From Escherichia coli (GTDB lineage Bacteria; Pseudomonadota; Gammaproteobacteria; Enterobacterales; Enterobacteriaceae), in assembly GCF_050320075.1 (NCBI RefSeq), contig NZ_CP190022.1: 64,000 nt of DNA. The stretch is one strand, 5' to 3'. Position 1 is the stretch's first letter; every line of letters begins with the position of its first letter. A program made the translations under genes and the position numbers. Shown here piece after piece: positions 18,627 to 28,497 of this stretch. The notes beneath the pieces are model-generated. The model was not told the origin of the DNA. It did not search any database and was given only the letters and a program-made list of their open reading frames with translations.

Positions 18627-18824
18627 CAACAACATTATAGTAGCCCGATGACGGCCGAAAGGCAATGGAGGGGCTGCGATGCCACAACGAACGTTTTTAA
18701 TAATGTTAATCGTCGTCTGTGTGACGATACTGTGTTTTGTCTGGATGGTGAGGGATTCGCTTTGCGGATTTCGTATCGAGCAGGGAAATACAGTGCTTGT
18801 GGCAACGTTAGCCTACGAAGTTAA
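18621..18824 (+). CDS. pndC: PndC (Mok-like frame overlapping pndA)
   Basis: Reading frame overlapping pndA in a different frame, as in hok/mok loci; start chosen at an internal Met. Confidence 0.35.
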   Translation: MPQQHYSSPMTAERQWRGCDATTNVFNNVNRRLCDDTVFCLDGEGFALRISYRAGKYSACGNVSLRS

Positions 18825-18831
18825 ACGTTAA
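18679..18831 (+). CDS. pndA: PndA, Hok-family type I toxin (50 aa)
   Basis: Hand translation MPQRTFLIMLIVVCVTILCFVWMVRDSLCGFRIEQGNTVLVATLAYEVKR; Hok signature SLC...R...G...V.A.LAYE; hairpin ggcggcaggaaatctgccgcc follows. Confidence 0.85.
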   Translation: MPQRTFLIMLIVVCVTILCFVWMVRDSLCGFRIEQGNTVLVATLAYEVKR

Positions 18832-19087
18832 CGGGCAACATGGCGGCAGGAAATCTGCCGCCGGATTGTTGCGAAAGCAAACCTCAATGCGCCCTTTTTT
18901 ACCTGGATTTCTGCAGCGCGTTTCAGCATAGCATGCAGTTCTGTGCTGATCCTTGCTTCCAGTCGGGCAGTTTGTGTTGCTGATGGCATGATTTGTACTT
19001 CCTGAATACACTGAACGTCAAATTGCCGTATTGTGCTAATTACAGTCTGATACAGGGACGGCAGACAGGCATTCTGCCTGAAAAGAA

Positions 19088-19112
19088 AAAGCCGGTTCAG
19101 AGAAAACCGGCT
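19088..19112 (-). terminator. Rho-independent terminator after excA
   Basis: On the minus strand: gccggttttctctgaaccggc followed by tttttctttt. Confidence 0.45.
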
Positions 19113-19144
19113 GACGGATTATCGTCTAACAGTTGGTCGCTACC

Positions 19145-19795
19145 TTAAAATACTTCTGCAACAGGAACACCGGCAACTTTTTCCCACTCTTTAACCCGAT
19201 ACCGAATCATCTGCGGGAAACGTTCCTTGTACTCATATCCACGTGCAGCCATGGTGTGCATGGTGTTGGCCAGCGTCCTTGATGAGATGCCGGAGATTTC
19301 CAGTGGGATCATCGGCAGACTCACATATGTAGTGTGGATTTCCAGCTTGCCGTCTTCAGCAACCGTGCGGGTAAAGTTGTGAATATCCAGACCAATCACA
19401 TCCATCACATTGTTTGGGTAAATGCGCACATACAGCATGGTGCCGTTTTTAATGTCGATCCCGAAATAACAACTCTTCGAGAATGACAGTTGCTCGTAAT
19501 CGCTGGTCGGCGCAAAGAGACAGCTTTCTTTTATCTGCTTAACAACCTGCTGGATTTTCTTTTTCTTCGCTCTGGTTCTCAGATATAGCCAGAGTGGGGG
19601 AATAAAAAGAAGAAAATAACATCCATATGCCAGAATAAAAAGGCTTGTTGAATTCGTTAGTTTATCATCTAATAAATATGATGTATAAGCTGTTGCGTAT
19701 AAAGCTAAGCACGGAATGCCTAATAAAAAATAAGCGTTGCGGGCCAAGTGGTAATATGCCCACCAGGAAGGATATCTGCTTTTTGTTTTGTTCAT
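19145..19795 (-). CDS. excA: ExcA entry-exclusion inner membrane protein
   Basis: 216 aa with TM helices, immediately downstream of traY as in R64. Confidence 0.6.
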   Translation of the reverse strand: MNKTKSRYPSWWAYYHLARNAYFLLGIPCLALYATAYTSYLLDDKLTNSTSLFILAYGCYFLLFIPPLWLYLRTRAKKKKIQQVVKQIKESCLFAPTSDYEQLSFSKSCYFGIDIKNGTMLYVRIYPNNVMDVIGLDIHNFTRTVAEDGKLEIHTTYVSLPMIPLEISGISSRTLANTMHTMAARGYEYKERFPQMIRYRVKEWEKVAGVPVAEVF

Positions 19796-19883
19796 AATAA
19801 ACCTCCATATTCACCTGAATATATTTTAAACTCTTCAGGTGAATATGGCAATGCTGTTTTATTGGTTTTTCTATGTTTTCATT

Positions 19884-22049
19884 TTATTGTTTTATTCCGT
19901 CTTTATCATCTCTATTAATATTTTTCAGTTTTTCTTCACGAACGCCAGGTGTTCTGCGCATATTGGTATTACCTCCGGCAATAATATCTTTGACTGAAGA
20001 AACCATATTCCCCAGCATATTAACACCGTCACGCCCGCCCAGAAAATTAATTACATGGTCAGGCAGATAAGCCTGAAGTGCAAAAATGGCCGCAACCAGC
20101 GTGGTACAGGCTCGGGCATAAATCATCAAAAATCCCGCCATGCTGAACACGCCCGTCACAGAATTTATCTGGACATTCATCAGCGCAGCAGCAAACAGCG
20201 CATTCAGGATTGTGCCGCCGGCCACGATGGCGACCGATGCAAAAAAGAATCCGAACACCATCAGCAGCGGTCTGATCATGCTGTCTATCAGGTAGATGTA
20301 ACCGTAAGCGGCCCGGCTTCCCCGGTCCTGACTTGTTCCCAGATGGGTGGCGGCCCACAGGGGGCCAGCAGCACATCCAATCAGTACGCTGAGTATCCAG
20401 TTGCCGATGCCGGTCATCCAGAAGATAAACGGAATAAACGGCAGGTAAATGGATAACGAAAAACCGGCACAGAACAGCAAAAACAGCAGGAAGTAGAGCG
20501 GTGGTGCGGATGCTTCCAGAAAAGCCTTTGCGGCGTCAGATAAGCCGCTGACGGCATTGACCAGTCGGCCAAAAACGGAGTTGCTGCCGGCAGTTGAAAG
20601 CACCCTGACGGTGGTATAACCCGCCCAGATGGTTTCGGTTGTGACCATGGTGTAATCACCAATGTTTTTCATTTTTATTAGCGGATTTAGTTGGTCCGAG
20701 GTGGTTCCAGTTCCTGAATGTATGGTTGCAATTTGATTGGTAAATAACGTCAGGTCATTCCCTAGGAGTTTTAACAGGGCTGATTGAGGATTCTGTGTAT
20801 TAGATGCCTGGTATTCACTGGCTGAGGTGGCTGTTCCCAGTGCAGGTGTATATGGTGAGTTTTGCAACTGTGCCTGGTAAGCCCCCTTGACTTCCTTCAG
20901 GAACTCCGTATCCCCGGCTTCGCCCAGTGACGAGACGCCACTCACAGTAGGAGCGCGGTTGGCCAGGTCTTCCAGTCGCTGGTTGGCGGTGGCAAAGGTC
21001 TGGTACCAGGCGCCCAGGGCAACCCAGCCGTAGGTGGTCAGGTAGGATTTCAGCTGCTCCCTGCGCTCAGTTTCTGCGTTATCTGCCGGCAACGCCTTCT
21101 GCACCGTTTCTTCATACCGGTTGGCAGCCTTCTGAATACGGCTTTCAATATCCGGCAGGTTGCCGTTACCCGTGTCGCGTCGGGTCCGGTACGCTGACAC
21201 AAATTCCTGCGCCGCGCTGTCCAGGTCACGGAGCATGGTATCCATGGCGGAGCGCTGTGCCGTCAGAACCCCCTGATATTCCGTTTCAATGAAGGGATTG
21301 AAAAAATGGGCCAGCGCGGACTGCTTGTTACTGCCGTTTCCTTTCACGGAGAGACTCACACTCCCGCAGGTGGCGCTGCCATTTGAGACGGTGACGGTAT
21401 ATCTGCCATTCTCTGTCCGTGAGGATTCGCTCATGGGCGGCGTTGATGAACGTGCGGTACGGTTAAAGTCATCGAGGCCCGTATTCATGGCGTGTTTGCA
21501 CAGTTCCATCTCCAGTATTCCCCGTGCTGCCGTGCGGGTGGAGACATGTACTGGCTGTACGGTCATTGAATAGCCTTCAGCGATGTTTTCTGCCGCTGTC
21601 TGAACCATGATATTGGCGGAACCGATGCCCATGATGGATGCGCCCCACAGCATGACCAGTTGTGCCAGACTCCAGCCGGAAGCGGTGGGCACAATCATCA
21701 TAAAACCGCTCACAATACTGAGCATTCCGACGACGTCCCGTCCGTTGTTAAAGACATTGCCCTGGTGTCCCGTGCGGACAGCATGACGGATACCAATAAA
21801 CAGAAACCAGACTATCCCCATCGTGGCGATAATTGCGTTAAACACCATGAACAGGTTGCCAATGATGGTGTTGCTGCTGGCTGTCAGGGGATTTGTGACC
21901 ACATCACCAAAAATGGTGACCAGTGCCTGGCGCGACAGGTCATCCGGATTGGTGGCGGCACTCACAATGTCCTGATAGGTGACGAAAGCCTGTGCAGGTA
22001 CGGCAGCCAGCGCCAGACCTGCACTCAGTGCTCTGGGTATGATTTTCAC
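19884..22049 (-). CDS. traY: TraY, DotA-like polytopic membrane protein
   Basis: 721 aa; signal peptide and many TM helices; last gene of the tra operon. Confidence 0.7.
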   Translation of the reverse strand: MKIIPRALSAGLALAAVPAQAFVTYQDIVSAATNPDDLSRQALVTIFGDVVTNPLTASSNTIIGNLFMVFNAIIATMGIVWFLFIGIRHAVRTGHQGNVFNNGRDVVGMLSIVSGFMMIVPTASGWSLAQLVMLWGASIMGIGSANIMVQTAAENIAEGYSMTVQPVHVSTRTAARGILEMELCKHAMNTGLDDFNRTARSSTPPMSESSRTENGRYTVTVSNGSATCGSVSLSVKGNGSNKQSALAHFFNPFIETEYQGVLTAQRSAMDTMLRDLDSAAQEFVSAYRTRRDTGNGNLPDIESRIQKAANRYEETVQKALPADNAETERREQLKSYLTTYGWVALGAWYQTFATANQRLEDLANRAPTVSGVSSLGEAGDTEFLKEVKGAYQAQLQNSPYTPALGTATSASEYQASNTQNPQSALLKLLGNDLTLFTNQIATIHSGTGTTSDQLNPLIKMKNIGDYTMVTTETIWAGYTTVRVLSTAGSNSVFGRLVNAVSGLSDAAKAFLEASAPPLYFLLFLLFCAGFSLSIYLPFIPFIFWMTGIGNWILSVLIGCAAGPLWAATHLGTSQDRGSRAAYGYIYLIDSMIRPLLMVFGFFFASVAIVAGGTILNALFAAALMNVQINSVTGVFSMAGFLMIYARACTTLVAAIFALQAYLPDHVINFLGGRDGVNMLGNMVSSVKDIIAGGNTNMRRTPGVREEKLKNINRDDKDGIKQ

Positions 22050-22121
22050 GATAACTCCGGAACCGAAGGGATGCAGGGCATCAGCCTCCGGAATGAGGAA
22101 AAGAAATTGCAGACCGGACGG

Positions 22122-22691
22122 TCAGTACTGCCGGTGGGTAATGGCCAGCCATGTGGCCTGTTTCCAGCCGTGCCGGGCCTGCAGGTAATCGGGGAAGGTG
22201 CCCTGTTCGTCCTCGCTGACCCGCCGTTCATTCAGTTGCCAGAGGCGGTATGACACAATCAGGGTTTTTGAGGCACACAGTGCTGCAATGGCACTCATCA
22301 GTAACAGGCAGGCCAGTATACGTATCAGGGTGATGGCCGGAAGCGCTGTGGCAGCAAGGGCCATGCCGCACAGCAGAAGTACCGGTATCATCATCAGCCA
22401 GAATCCTGTCCGCCAGAACATCCTGCGACGTCGCAGACGCCGATCCAGTTCGTTGACCGTAAGGCCGCTGGCCCTGACGGCTTCTTCCCAGGTCATACAG
22501 ACCGGAATCTCCGGTTGCCGGTCGGGCATGAGGCGCTTCAGGCGCGTTTTATGCTGGCCCAGCATATGGCGGCAGCTGCGCAGCATCCACCGGGTTTCGG
22601 CCAGTGGTGCGAACAGGTTTATCCCGATGTCACCGATGCGGCGGAGACGGGGGGCCGGTTTTTTTTTGTCGGTGCTGTTGTCGTCTTTCAT
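22122..22691 (-). CDS. traX: TraX membrane protein
   Basis: 189 aa with TM segments; ATGA overlap with traW. Confidence 0.5.
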   Translation of the reverse strand: MKDDNSTDKKKPAPRLRRIGDIGINLFAPLAETRWMLRSCRHMLGQHKTRLKRLMPDRQPEIPVCMTWEEAVRASGLTVNELDRRLRRRRMFWRTGFWLMMIPVLLLCGMALAATALPAITLIRILACLLLMSAIAALCASKTLIVSYRLWQLNERRVSEDEQGTFPDYLQARHGWKQATWLAITHRQY

Positions 22692-23893
22692 CTTACGCTC
22701 CCCTGGCTCATGGCCTGTGACAGTTCACCGAGACGCTGTCCGTAATACTGTCGTGCCGCCAGTGCCAGCTGCTGCCCGGCGATAACATTACCCTGGCGTA
22801 TCTGCTCTTTCAGGTCGTTCATCTGCCAGTTCAGCAGGGCGGTAGTGCGCAGCAGTTCACGGAGAAGGTTATCGCCTTCCATGCCCTGCAGATCCTGCTG
22901 CCAGTCGGTGTTTGCATAGCGTCTGCCGGCTTCAAAGGCCTCAAACTCCCGCTGGCTCATGTGACCACGGGTGCGGGCCTCTGATGATGCGGTCCGGTCA
23001 AAATATGCCGCAGCGGATGGTGACTGCAGGGCTTCAGTCAGTGCTCCACGGGTGGCCTCATTAGGGGTACTGTCAGCTATCAGTGACAGTTGCGGATGAG
23101 AGGCGGCATCGATGATGCCGTTGTATTCATTCTGCAGGCCCACATACGTGCGCCCGGTCTGTGTTCCCACTTCACCTTTCCCCGGGGCACGACCCGCTGA
23201 CGGTCTGGCGGTGTTTTTCATGTAAGCCGTGGCAGCATCAATCTGTTTCTGATCCCAGGTGAGGGCGGCAGGGGTATCAGCTGTGCCTGCACCCTGATAG
23301 AGCGATCGCACCTGGCTGTCTCCGCCCGGCAGCTCGCCCACGGCAGGGCAGACATCGGTTCCGCCAAAGCGGGCATATTCAGCTTCCGTGCAGTAACCGG
23401 CATGAATGCCTGCACTGTCATATGCCTCGCGGGTTGGTGAGTCTGCTGCCCGGGAGAGACGTTCACGGATGGGTTTACTGCTGACGCCTCCTCCCTGACT
23501 CAGACGTGCAGCCGCAGACGCTGCTGCACGGCGACTTTCAGCTGCAACTCCGGAGGCGGATTCACTGCAGATGGAGTCCGGCACGCTGAAGCTTTTCCTG
23601 GCCTCCTCAAGCCGGCGGGTTTCATTACTGAATATCATCTGCTGACGGGTGGCCTGCCCGTCCTGTGCGATGACAGAGGCCAGCTTCTCTGAACTCTGGT
23701 TGATGGCTGTGCCGGTGGCTGTCTGCATACGGACCATCTCTGCCATCACGCCCTGAATGGCGGCCAGCTCCGGCATGATTTGTGTGGTGACAGGCTGGCT
23801 GGCCACTACGGTCACAGAATAGGCATGGGTGGCAGGAATAACCGCACAGCCTATCAGGAGTGCAAGCAGTGTGGTTGCAGATTGTCTTTGCAT
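22688..23893 (-). CDS. traW: TraW lipoprotein
   Basis: Start moved to MQRQSATTLLALLIGCAV (ggag RBS, lipobox LIGC), giving 401 aa. Confidence 0.6.
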   Translation of the reverse strand: MQRQSATTLLALLIGCAVIPATHAYSVTVVASQPVTTQIMPELAAIQGVMAEMVRMQTATGTAINQSSEKLASVIAQDGQATRQQMIFSNETRRLEEARKSFSVPDSICSESASGVAAESRRAAASAAARLSQGGGVSSKPIRERLSRAADSPTREAYDSAGIHAGYCTEAEYARFGGTDVCPAVGELPGGDSQVRSLYQGAGTADTPAALTWDQKQIDAATAYMKNTARPSAGRAPGKGEVGTQTGRTYVGLQNEYNGIIDAASHPQLSLIADSTPNEATRGALTEALQSPSAAAYFDRTASSEARTRGHMSQREFEAFEAGRRYANTDWQQDLQGMEGDNLLRELLRTTALLNWQMNDLKEQIRQGNVIAGQQLALAARQYYGQRLGELSQAMSQGSVR

Positions 23894-24471
23894 TCTTTTT
23901 TCTCCGTTTTCGGGGGATACAGGATGTCTGGTACGCGATGACTGAGTGATTCCGGCAGCGGAGCCAGCGGGAAACACTGGAAGCGGCGCGTGATCCATCC
24001 CTGACGGTTACGGTTATCGATGAGCGTGAAGGTACGACGCTTCACGCGTTTCAGTGTCGGGGTGTCGCTTTCCATGACCGGCCAGTCTCCGGCTGTGAGT
24101 GCCGGTGTGCCGGGGACATCCGGCCACAGCCAGGTGTTGTCAGACATCAGCGCCGTGAGAGGCGAGGGCAGAAGCCAGTGAATGACATGCTGTATATCAA
24201 AAGGCGGTCGCTCCGGCACGTTAACCTGCCAGGTGGCCGTTGTTATCAGCGTGCCTGTCTCTCCGGGCAGGGCCAGGCGAATACCACTCATCTCCCCGTC
24301 AGCCCGTCTGTCACTGGCAAAAATGACCCGGGGATTGGGGGACGGTCGCAGTGTGAAGCAGGCGGACGGCAGGGTGAAGCTGAAACTGTCACCGTCCACG
24401 CGCAGCGTTTTCAGGAAGACCTGTCCCCGTGCAGGACGCCGGCAGCGGGGAGTGATGTGTATGCTGTACAT
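23854..24471 (-). CDS. traV: TraV
   Basis: 205 aa between traW and traU; named by synteny. Confidence 0.5.
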   Translation of the reverse strand: MYSIHITPRCRRPARGQVFLKTLRVDGDSFSFTLPSACFTLRPSPNPRVIFASDRRADGEMSGIRLALPGETGTLITTATWQVNVPERPPFDIQHVIHWLLPSPLTALMSDNTWLWPDVPGTPALTAGDWPVMESDTPTLKRVKRRTFTLIDNRNRQGWITRRFQCFPLAPLPESLSHRVPDILYPPKTEKKECKDNLQPHCLHS

Positions 24472-27400
24472 CAGAGGTGATATCCCTGCTTACGGATGAG
24501 TTCCGCAGCCAGATCATGGATGACGTTTTCACTGTCATGTGTACGGGCGCGGTGTTCTATCAGTGAGGTGGCTGAACCACGGGGAAAGTTTTCTGCCAGG
24601 ATCTGGCGTGCCCGCAGTGACCCGAGCTCCTGCGTCAGCGCACGTCTCAGGGCGCTGTCTTTGGGTGAGGAATTCAGAGCCCACAGCTCCAGTGGACCGA
24701 GAGTGAATTTCAGGATCCGGGCCAGCGTACCGTTTTTTACACGGAACACAGCCAGTACCGGGACACCGCTGCCATCCGGTGCAGCCCCTTCCGGCATTTT
24801 CAGAAAGCGCCGCAGGGTGACTTCAGGGACACCAAAATTATCCCGCAGAAACGGAATTTCGTCAGGGCGGTAACGCAGCAACCAGAGGGTGTTGGCGGAT
24901 TTGAGAACTGCCGGTGGATAGTCCTGCAGTAGCTGGGTGCTCAGCACTGTGCGTATCCCGAACTTACGCTGCTCCAGCTCCTGGGTGTCCAGGGCTTCCC
25001 AGATGAAGTTGATCCCTTTTGCATTGTGCAGTTCGTCATAGACTTTGGTCTTGACCTCCTGATCAAGCTGTTCAATGCGGCGGAAAATCACCTCATGGTA
25101 GCGTGGGTCGAGATTTTTCCGTATTTCCTCCTGATACTGCGGCAGGACAAAATCCCCGCCGGCGATTTGTCCTGCCAGCAGGTACATGATGCCGGTGCGC
25201 AGACGCCCGGCAGGTGTCTTGTCACCGGCCACATTGTTCAGATCAACGGCCACAACGCGGGTGTCGGGGCTGAGCATAAACCGGGTACAGCCGGACATCA
25301 TCGGGTAGTCACTGTGTCCCTGATCGAGGGCACGGCGGATGTAGTCCAGTAACAATTCTGCTGAGTTATCGCGCTGAACTGTGCCGAACACATCCCGGAT
25401 GGATGGCTGTCCCAGCAGGGCGGACATTTCAGCCAGCAGGGGCATGGCCTGGTAGTGTGCCCGCTGGGCTGCGGGGATATTGCCAGCCATATGCAGCATG
25501 TCCCTGATTTCAAACCAGGTGGCAGCATTCCACCATCCAGCGTCATGTTGTTCTGCGATGCCACTCTCTTCCAGGGCGAGATCCACAAGGGGCTCTGTTC
25601 CTGCACGGTACAGTCTGGGGTTGTTTTCGCCATACTCCCTGAAGGCCAGATCCACCAGGTTGCTTATGATTTGCCGGGTGTCACCGGGATTACAGGGCTG
25701 ACCGGTGCCGGTATCCACGCACAGTGCGCAGAGTACAGATACCATGAAGTTCTTTTCCGGGGTGGCGGGTTTTTTAGCACCGTACATCACATCAAACAGG
25801 TTACGGGTGTGTTCCGGATCATTGCTCAGAATGATCCCCACGGCTTCGTCCTTTCTCTGCTCCGGCAGGCTGTCACGGATAAGCTGTACCAGTCCCTGTG
25901 CACTGAATCCCTTGTCGATATAGGCAATGAAAGGCAGGTTCTTCTGGGCTGAGGCTATCTGGATCTCCGACAGTGCGTTGATGAGTACCGATTTGCCCAG
26001 ACCGGGTGCGCCGGGCGTCAGTTCCGTGTGCTTGTTCTGTTGTGACGATGCCAGTGCGACCTCCCATGCAGAGCCGTCCTCGGTGTGCATCATCAGATTT
26101 CCCTGTCCCCGCCAGACAGAGCCTGCCCTGTTCAGGGGAAACAGGGAAAGGGCGTGTGAAAGGGGCGGGTAAAGGGGGACTGGACCGGAACCGTGGGAGG
26201 CTGCCAGAACCGTGTTCACCCAGGCACGTCTCGGATCACCGAAGGTGGTGGTGGTGCCGCATACCCCCCAGCCTTCCAGCGCAGATTTCAGGAGAGCCTG
26301 GTTACGGGTACAGACTTCCCGGCTGTTTCCCCATGTGGTGGCAACAATGGTCATGATACAGACCGGATCATGTTTGTTGATGTCATTCAGCATCATCACC
26401 GAGTCATACATGGGCCGGAGAGGGGAAATAAAGCTGCTGTAGGTCAGCAGGGTTTTCTTGACCCCAAGCGCCTTCATGCCGCCGGGCATCAGATCCATCC
26501 GGATACGCCAGGGGATTGCGCGGGGCACATCCCTGACCAGCTGGTTGAATGTCCGCAGATTCTGGGGGGGCAGGGTAATGGCGACCATACCGTGCCAGAG
26601 GTCACCGGCCTTTATCAGGCTGCCGTGTGTTTCAGGCTGTGTGGTGAATAACTGCAGATTCAGCGACGGTGCGTGGAATACAGAGGTATCCTCGCCCTGT
26701 CGCCAGCCGGCAGGACGGGCATCTTCAGGCAGATGAGGCTGCCATACTGCAGGTGTGCTGTTGCGCTCCAGTTGACGGCGGATTTCCCGTCCCACTTCAT
26801 GAATATCTATCAGGCGAACCAGCAGACCATCAGAATCATGTGTCAGGGCCTGCTCCAGCGTGTCCAGAAAGGCGTCATGCCGTATTTTGAGTGCGGAAAG
26901 TGTCCAGCGCCATGGATCCTGCGCAAATCGGGCTGGCGGAGCGTGTTCAGCGAGTTTCCTGATACGGGTCTGGTGGTCCTTGCGATCGGTCCGGCTCAGC
27001 AGTTCTTCAGAGCTCCAGACGGTCAGCCAGCAGCGTTCCCGGACAAGCCAGGGGGTGAGCGTGGTGACTTTTTCATCCAGAACGTCCTGAAGCAGGATCC
27101 CCGTGCGTGCGATGGATTTTCGCTGGGGTAAGAGCATGGCTTCGATTTCATCCCTTCCACGCTCCGGATCGCGTTCGAAAACAAAACTGATTTTGTGACC
27201 GATGTTTTTCCAGGCAGTGTTCATTCGCTCTGCCAGCGCTGTAATCAGTGATTCCAGTGTGCCGGGGGCTGTCAGGTCCGGGTTTTCATCCATTTCTTTC
27301 AGGGCACCGCTGATTTCAAAGACGGAAAGGTAATACCCCTGTTTGGTGGTGGCAATGTAGGGGGCTTTCAGCCAGGGGCGGCGTTCGCGGTCCTGCTGGT

Positions 27401-27527
27401 CCAGACCGATGACGGTGTGCAGATCACAGTAATCGGGGAAGAATGCGGAAACGGAATACCGTGACAGGGTACTGATACAGTCTTCAATGGCAAAAATAAT
27501 GCGGTTGATATTCATGGCATGGAGCAC
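24471..27527 (-). CDS. traU: TraU, DotO/IcmB-like ATPase
   Basis: 1018 aa; Walker A LTPGAPGLGKSVLIN. Confidence 0.8.
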   Translation of the reverse strand: MLHAMNINRIIFAIEDCISTLSRYSVSAFFPDYCDLHTVIGLDQQDRERRPWLKAPYIATTKQGYYLSVFEISGALKEMDENPDLTAPGTLESLITALAERMNTAWKNIGHKISFVFERDPERGRDEIEAMLLPQRKSIARTGILLQDVLDEKVTTLTPWLVRERCWLTVWSSEELLSRTDRKDHQTRIRKLAEHAPPARFAQDPWRWTLSALKIRHDAFLDTLEQALTHDSDGLLVRLIDIHEVGREIRRQLERNSTPAVWQPHLPEDARPAGWRQGEDTSVFHAPSLNLQLFTTQPETHGSLIKAGDLWHGMVAITLPPQNLRTFNQLVRDVPRAIPWRIRMDLMPGGMKALGVKKTLLTYSSFISPLRPMYDSVMMLNDINKHDPVCIMTIVATTWGNSREVCTRNQALLKSALEGWGVCGTTTTFGDPRRAWVNTVLAASHGSGPVPLYPPLSHALSLFPLNRAGSVWRGQGNLMMHTEDGSAWEVALASSQQNKHTELTPGAPGLGKSVLINALSEIQIASAQKNLPFIAYIDKGFSAQGLVQLIRDSLPEQRKDEAVGIILSNDPEHTRNLFDVMYGAKKPATPEKNFMVSVLCALCVDTGTGQPCNPGDTRQIISNLVDLAFREYGENNPRLYRAGTEPLVDLALEESGIAEQHDAGWWNAATWFEIRDMLHMAGNIPAAQRAHYQAMPLLAEMSALLGQPSIRDVFGTVQRDNSAELLLDYIRRALDQGHSDYPMMSGCTRFMLSPDTRVVAVDLNNVAGDKTPAGRLRTGIMYLLAGQIAGGDFVLPQYQEEIRKNLDPRYHEVIFRRIEQLDQEVKTKVYDELHNAKGINFIWEALDTQELEQRKFGIRTVLSTQLLQDYPPAVLKSANTLWLLRYRPDEIPFLRDNFGVPEVTLRRFLKMPEGAAPDGSGVPVLAVFRVKNGTLARILKFTLGPLELWALNSSPKDSALRRALTQELGSLRARQILAENFPRGSATSLIEHRARTHDSENVIHDLAAELIRKQGYHL

Positions 27528-27690
27528 TCCGGTAAGGATGAATCATCACGGTCTGATATTTTTTGATGCCACAGCAGGGGATGTGGCATGAAAAAACAGC
27601 AGAGAAAATAAATAATCTGTTGAGGGGCAGGTGCGTATTTCTGTGTGATTACAGTAAATAATAAAAATGTAATAAGGTGGAAACACGCTG

Positions 27691-28074
27691 TCAGCGTAGT
27701 GAATTTACTGGCGGATAAGTGATTTTATTAATATGTACAACAATAGATTTTCTTCTTTTATTTTGTATAAATACCGGTGGGACATAAAAGAAACGGAGAC
27801 TGCAGAGACAGAGATGCAGTTGTTTTCCCCGTTTCCTTAATGAAAATTCAGTCAGGGGTGTGGCCGGATAATTATGCCGGGCGCTTAATTCCCTGTTGAA
27901 CTGAAGTATTCCGGCAATATTCAGCAGTATGCCGGCCAGCCTGCCGTCATCATCCCGAAGGAACCGACGGAGTAGCCGGTGCTCTTCTTTGGCGGTACTG
28001 TCAGCTTTTCCGGCCAGGTGTGCGAGGATGAGTGTTATAAGCGTCTCCGGGGATATGCGGTGAATTTTCATCAT
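27691..28074 (-). CDS. Hypothetical protein (127 aa) between traT and traU
   Basis: ATGA start/stop overlap with the upstream ORF and aggagaag RBS; C-terminal 40 codons run into an AT-rich stretch. Confidence 0.4.
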   Translation of the reverse strand: MMKIHRISPETLITLILAHLAGKADSTAKEEHRLLRRFLRDDDGRLAGILLNIAGILQFNRELSARHNYPATPLTEFSLRKRGKQLHLCLCSLRFFYVPPVFIQNKRRKSIVVHINKITYPPVNSLR

Positions 28075-28430
28075 TCTTCTCCTGATTTTGTCGGGGGTAC
28101 ACCCGGATAAATAAACTGCTGGCGGCGAATGAAAAAATCACAGAAGGGCATATCCGGTAATTCCGGGAGACCGGATACGGCAATATCCATCCATGAGAGA
28201 TAGTTATCGACACTCACTGTGACGGTGATGCTGTTATGGGTACGGGATCTTTCATGAATTTCTGCAGCCAGAAAGAGCAGCCAGCCGCCGTTAAATGCCG
28301 GGTGGCGGAGAATGAACCGGGCAATTTCTTTTTCATCTCCGTCAGGCGGAATATTGTCAGTCAGCGTCCGTATAATAAAACGCCGGAATGAATCTGCAGT
28401 GAACTGATATCCGGCAGAGTGTGTATCCAT
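28071..28430 (-). CDS. Hypothetical protein (119 aa) between traT and traU
   Basis: Translationally coupled to the next ORF; no family recognised. Confidence 0.45.
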   Translation of the reverse strand: MDTHSAGYQFTADSFRRFIIRTLTDNIPPDGDEKEIARFILRHPAFNGGWLLFLAAEIHERSRTHNSITVTVSVDNYLSWMDIAVSGLPELPDMPFCDFFIRRQQFIYPGVPPTKSGEE

Positions 28431-28497
28431 TTTTGTTCCTCTGTAAGTTGAATGTGTGCCGGCAGAATGTCATCGGTACCGGTGTGGGAGGGCTGCA

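Noticed and set aside
22688-23998. 436-aa version of traW starting at MDHAPLP
   Set aside because: The N-terminal 35 codons overlap traV and precede a clear RBS plus lipoprotein signal peptide at MQRQSATTLLALLIGC; the 401-aa form is preferred.
24496-27131. Many plus-strand ORFs (60-165 aa) inside traU
   Set aside because: Antisense frames within a large, motif-supported GC-rich gene; no RBS or recognisable domains.
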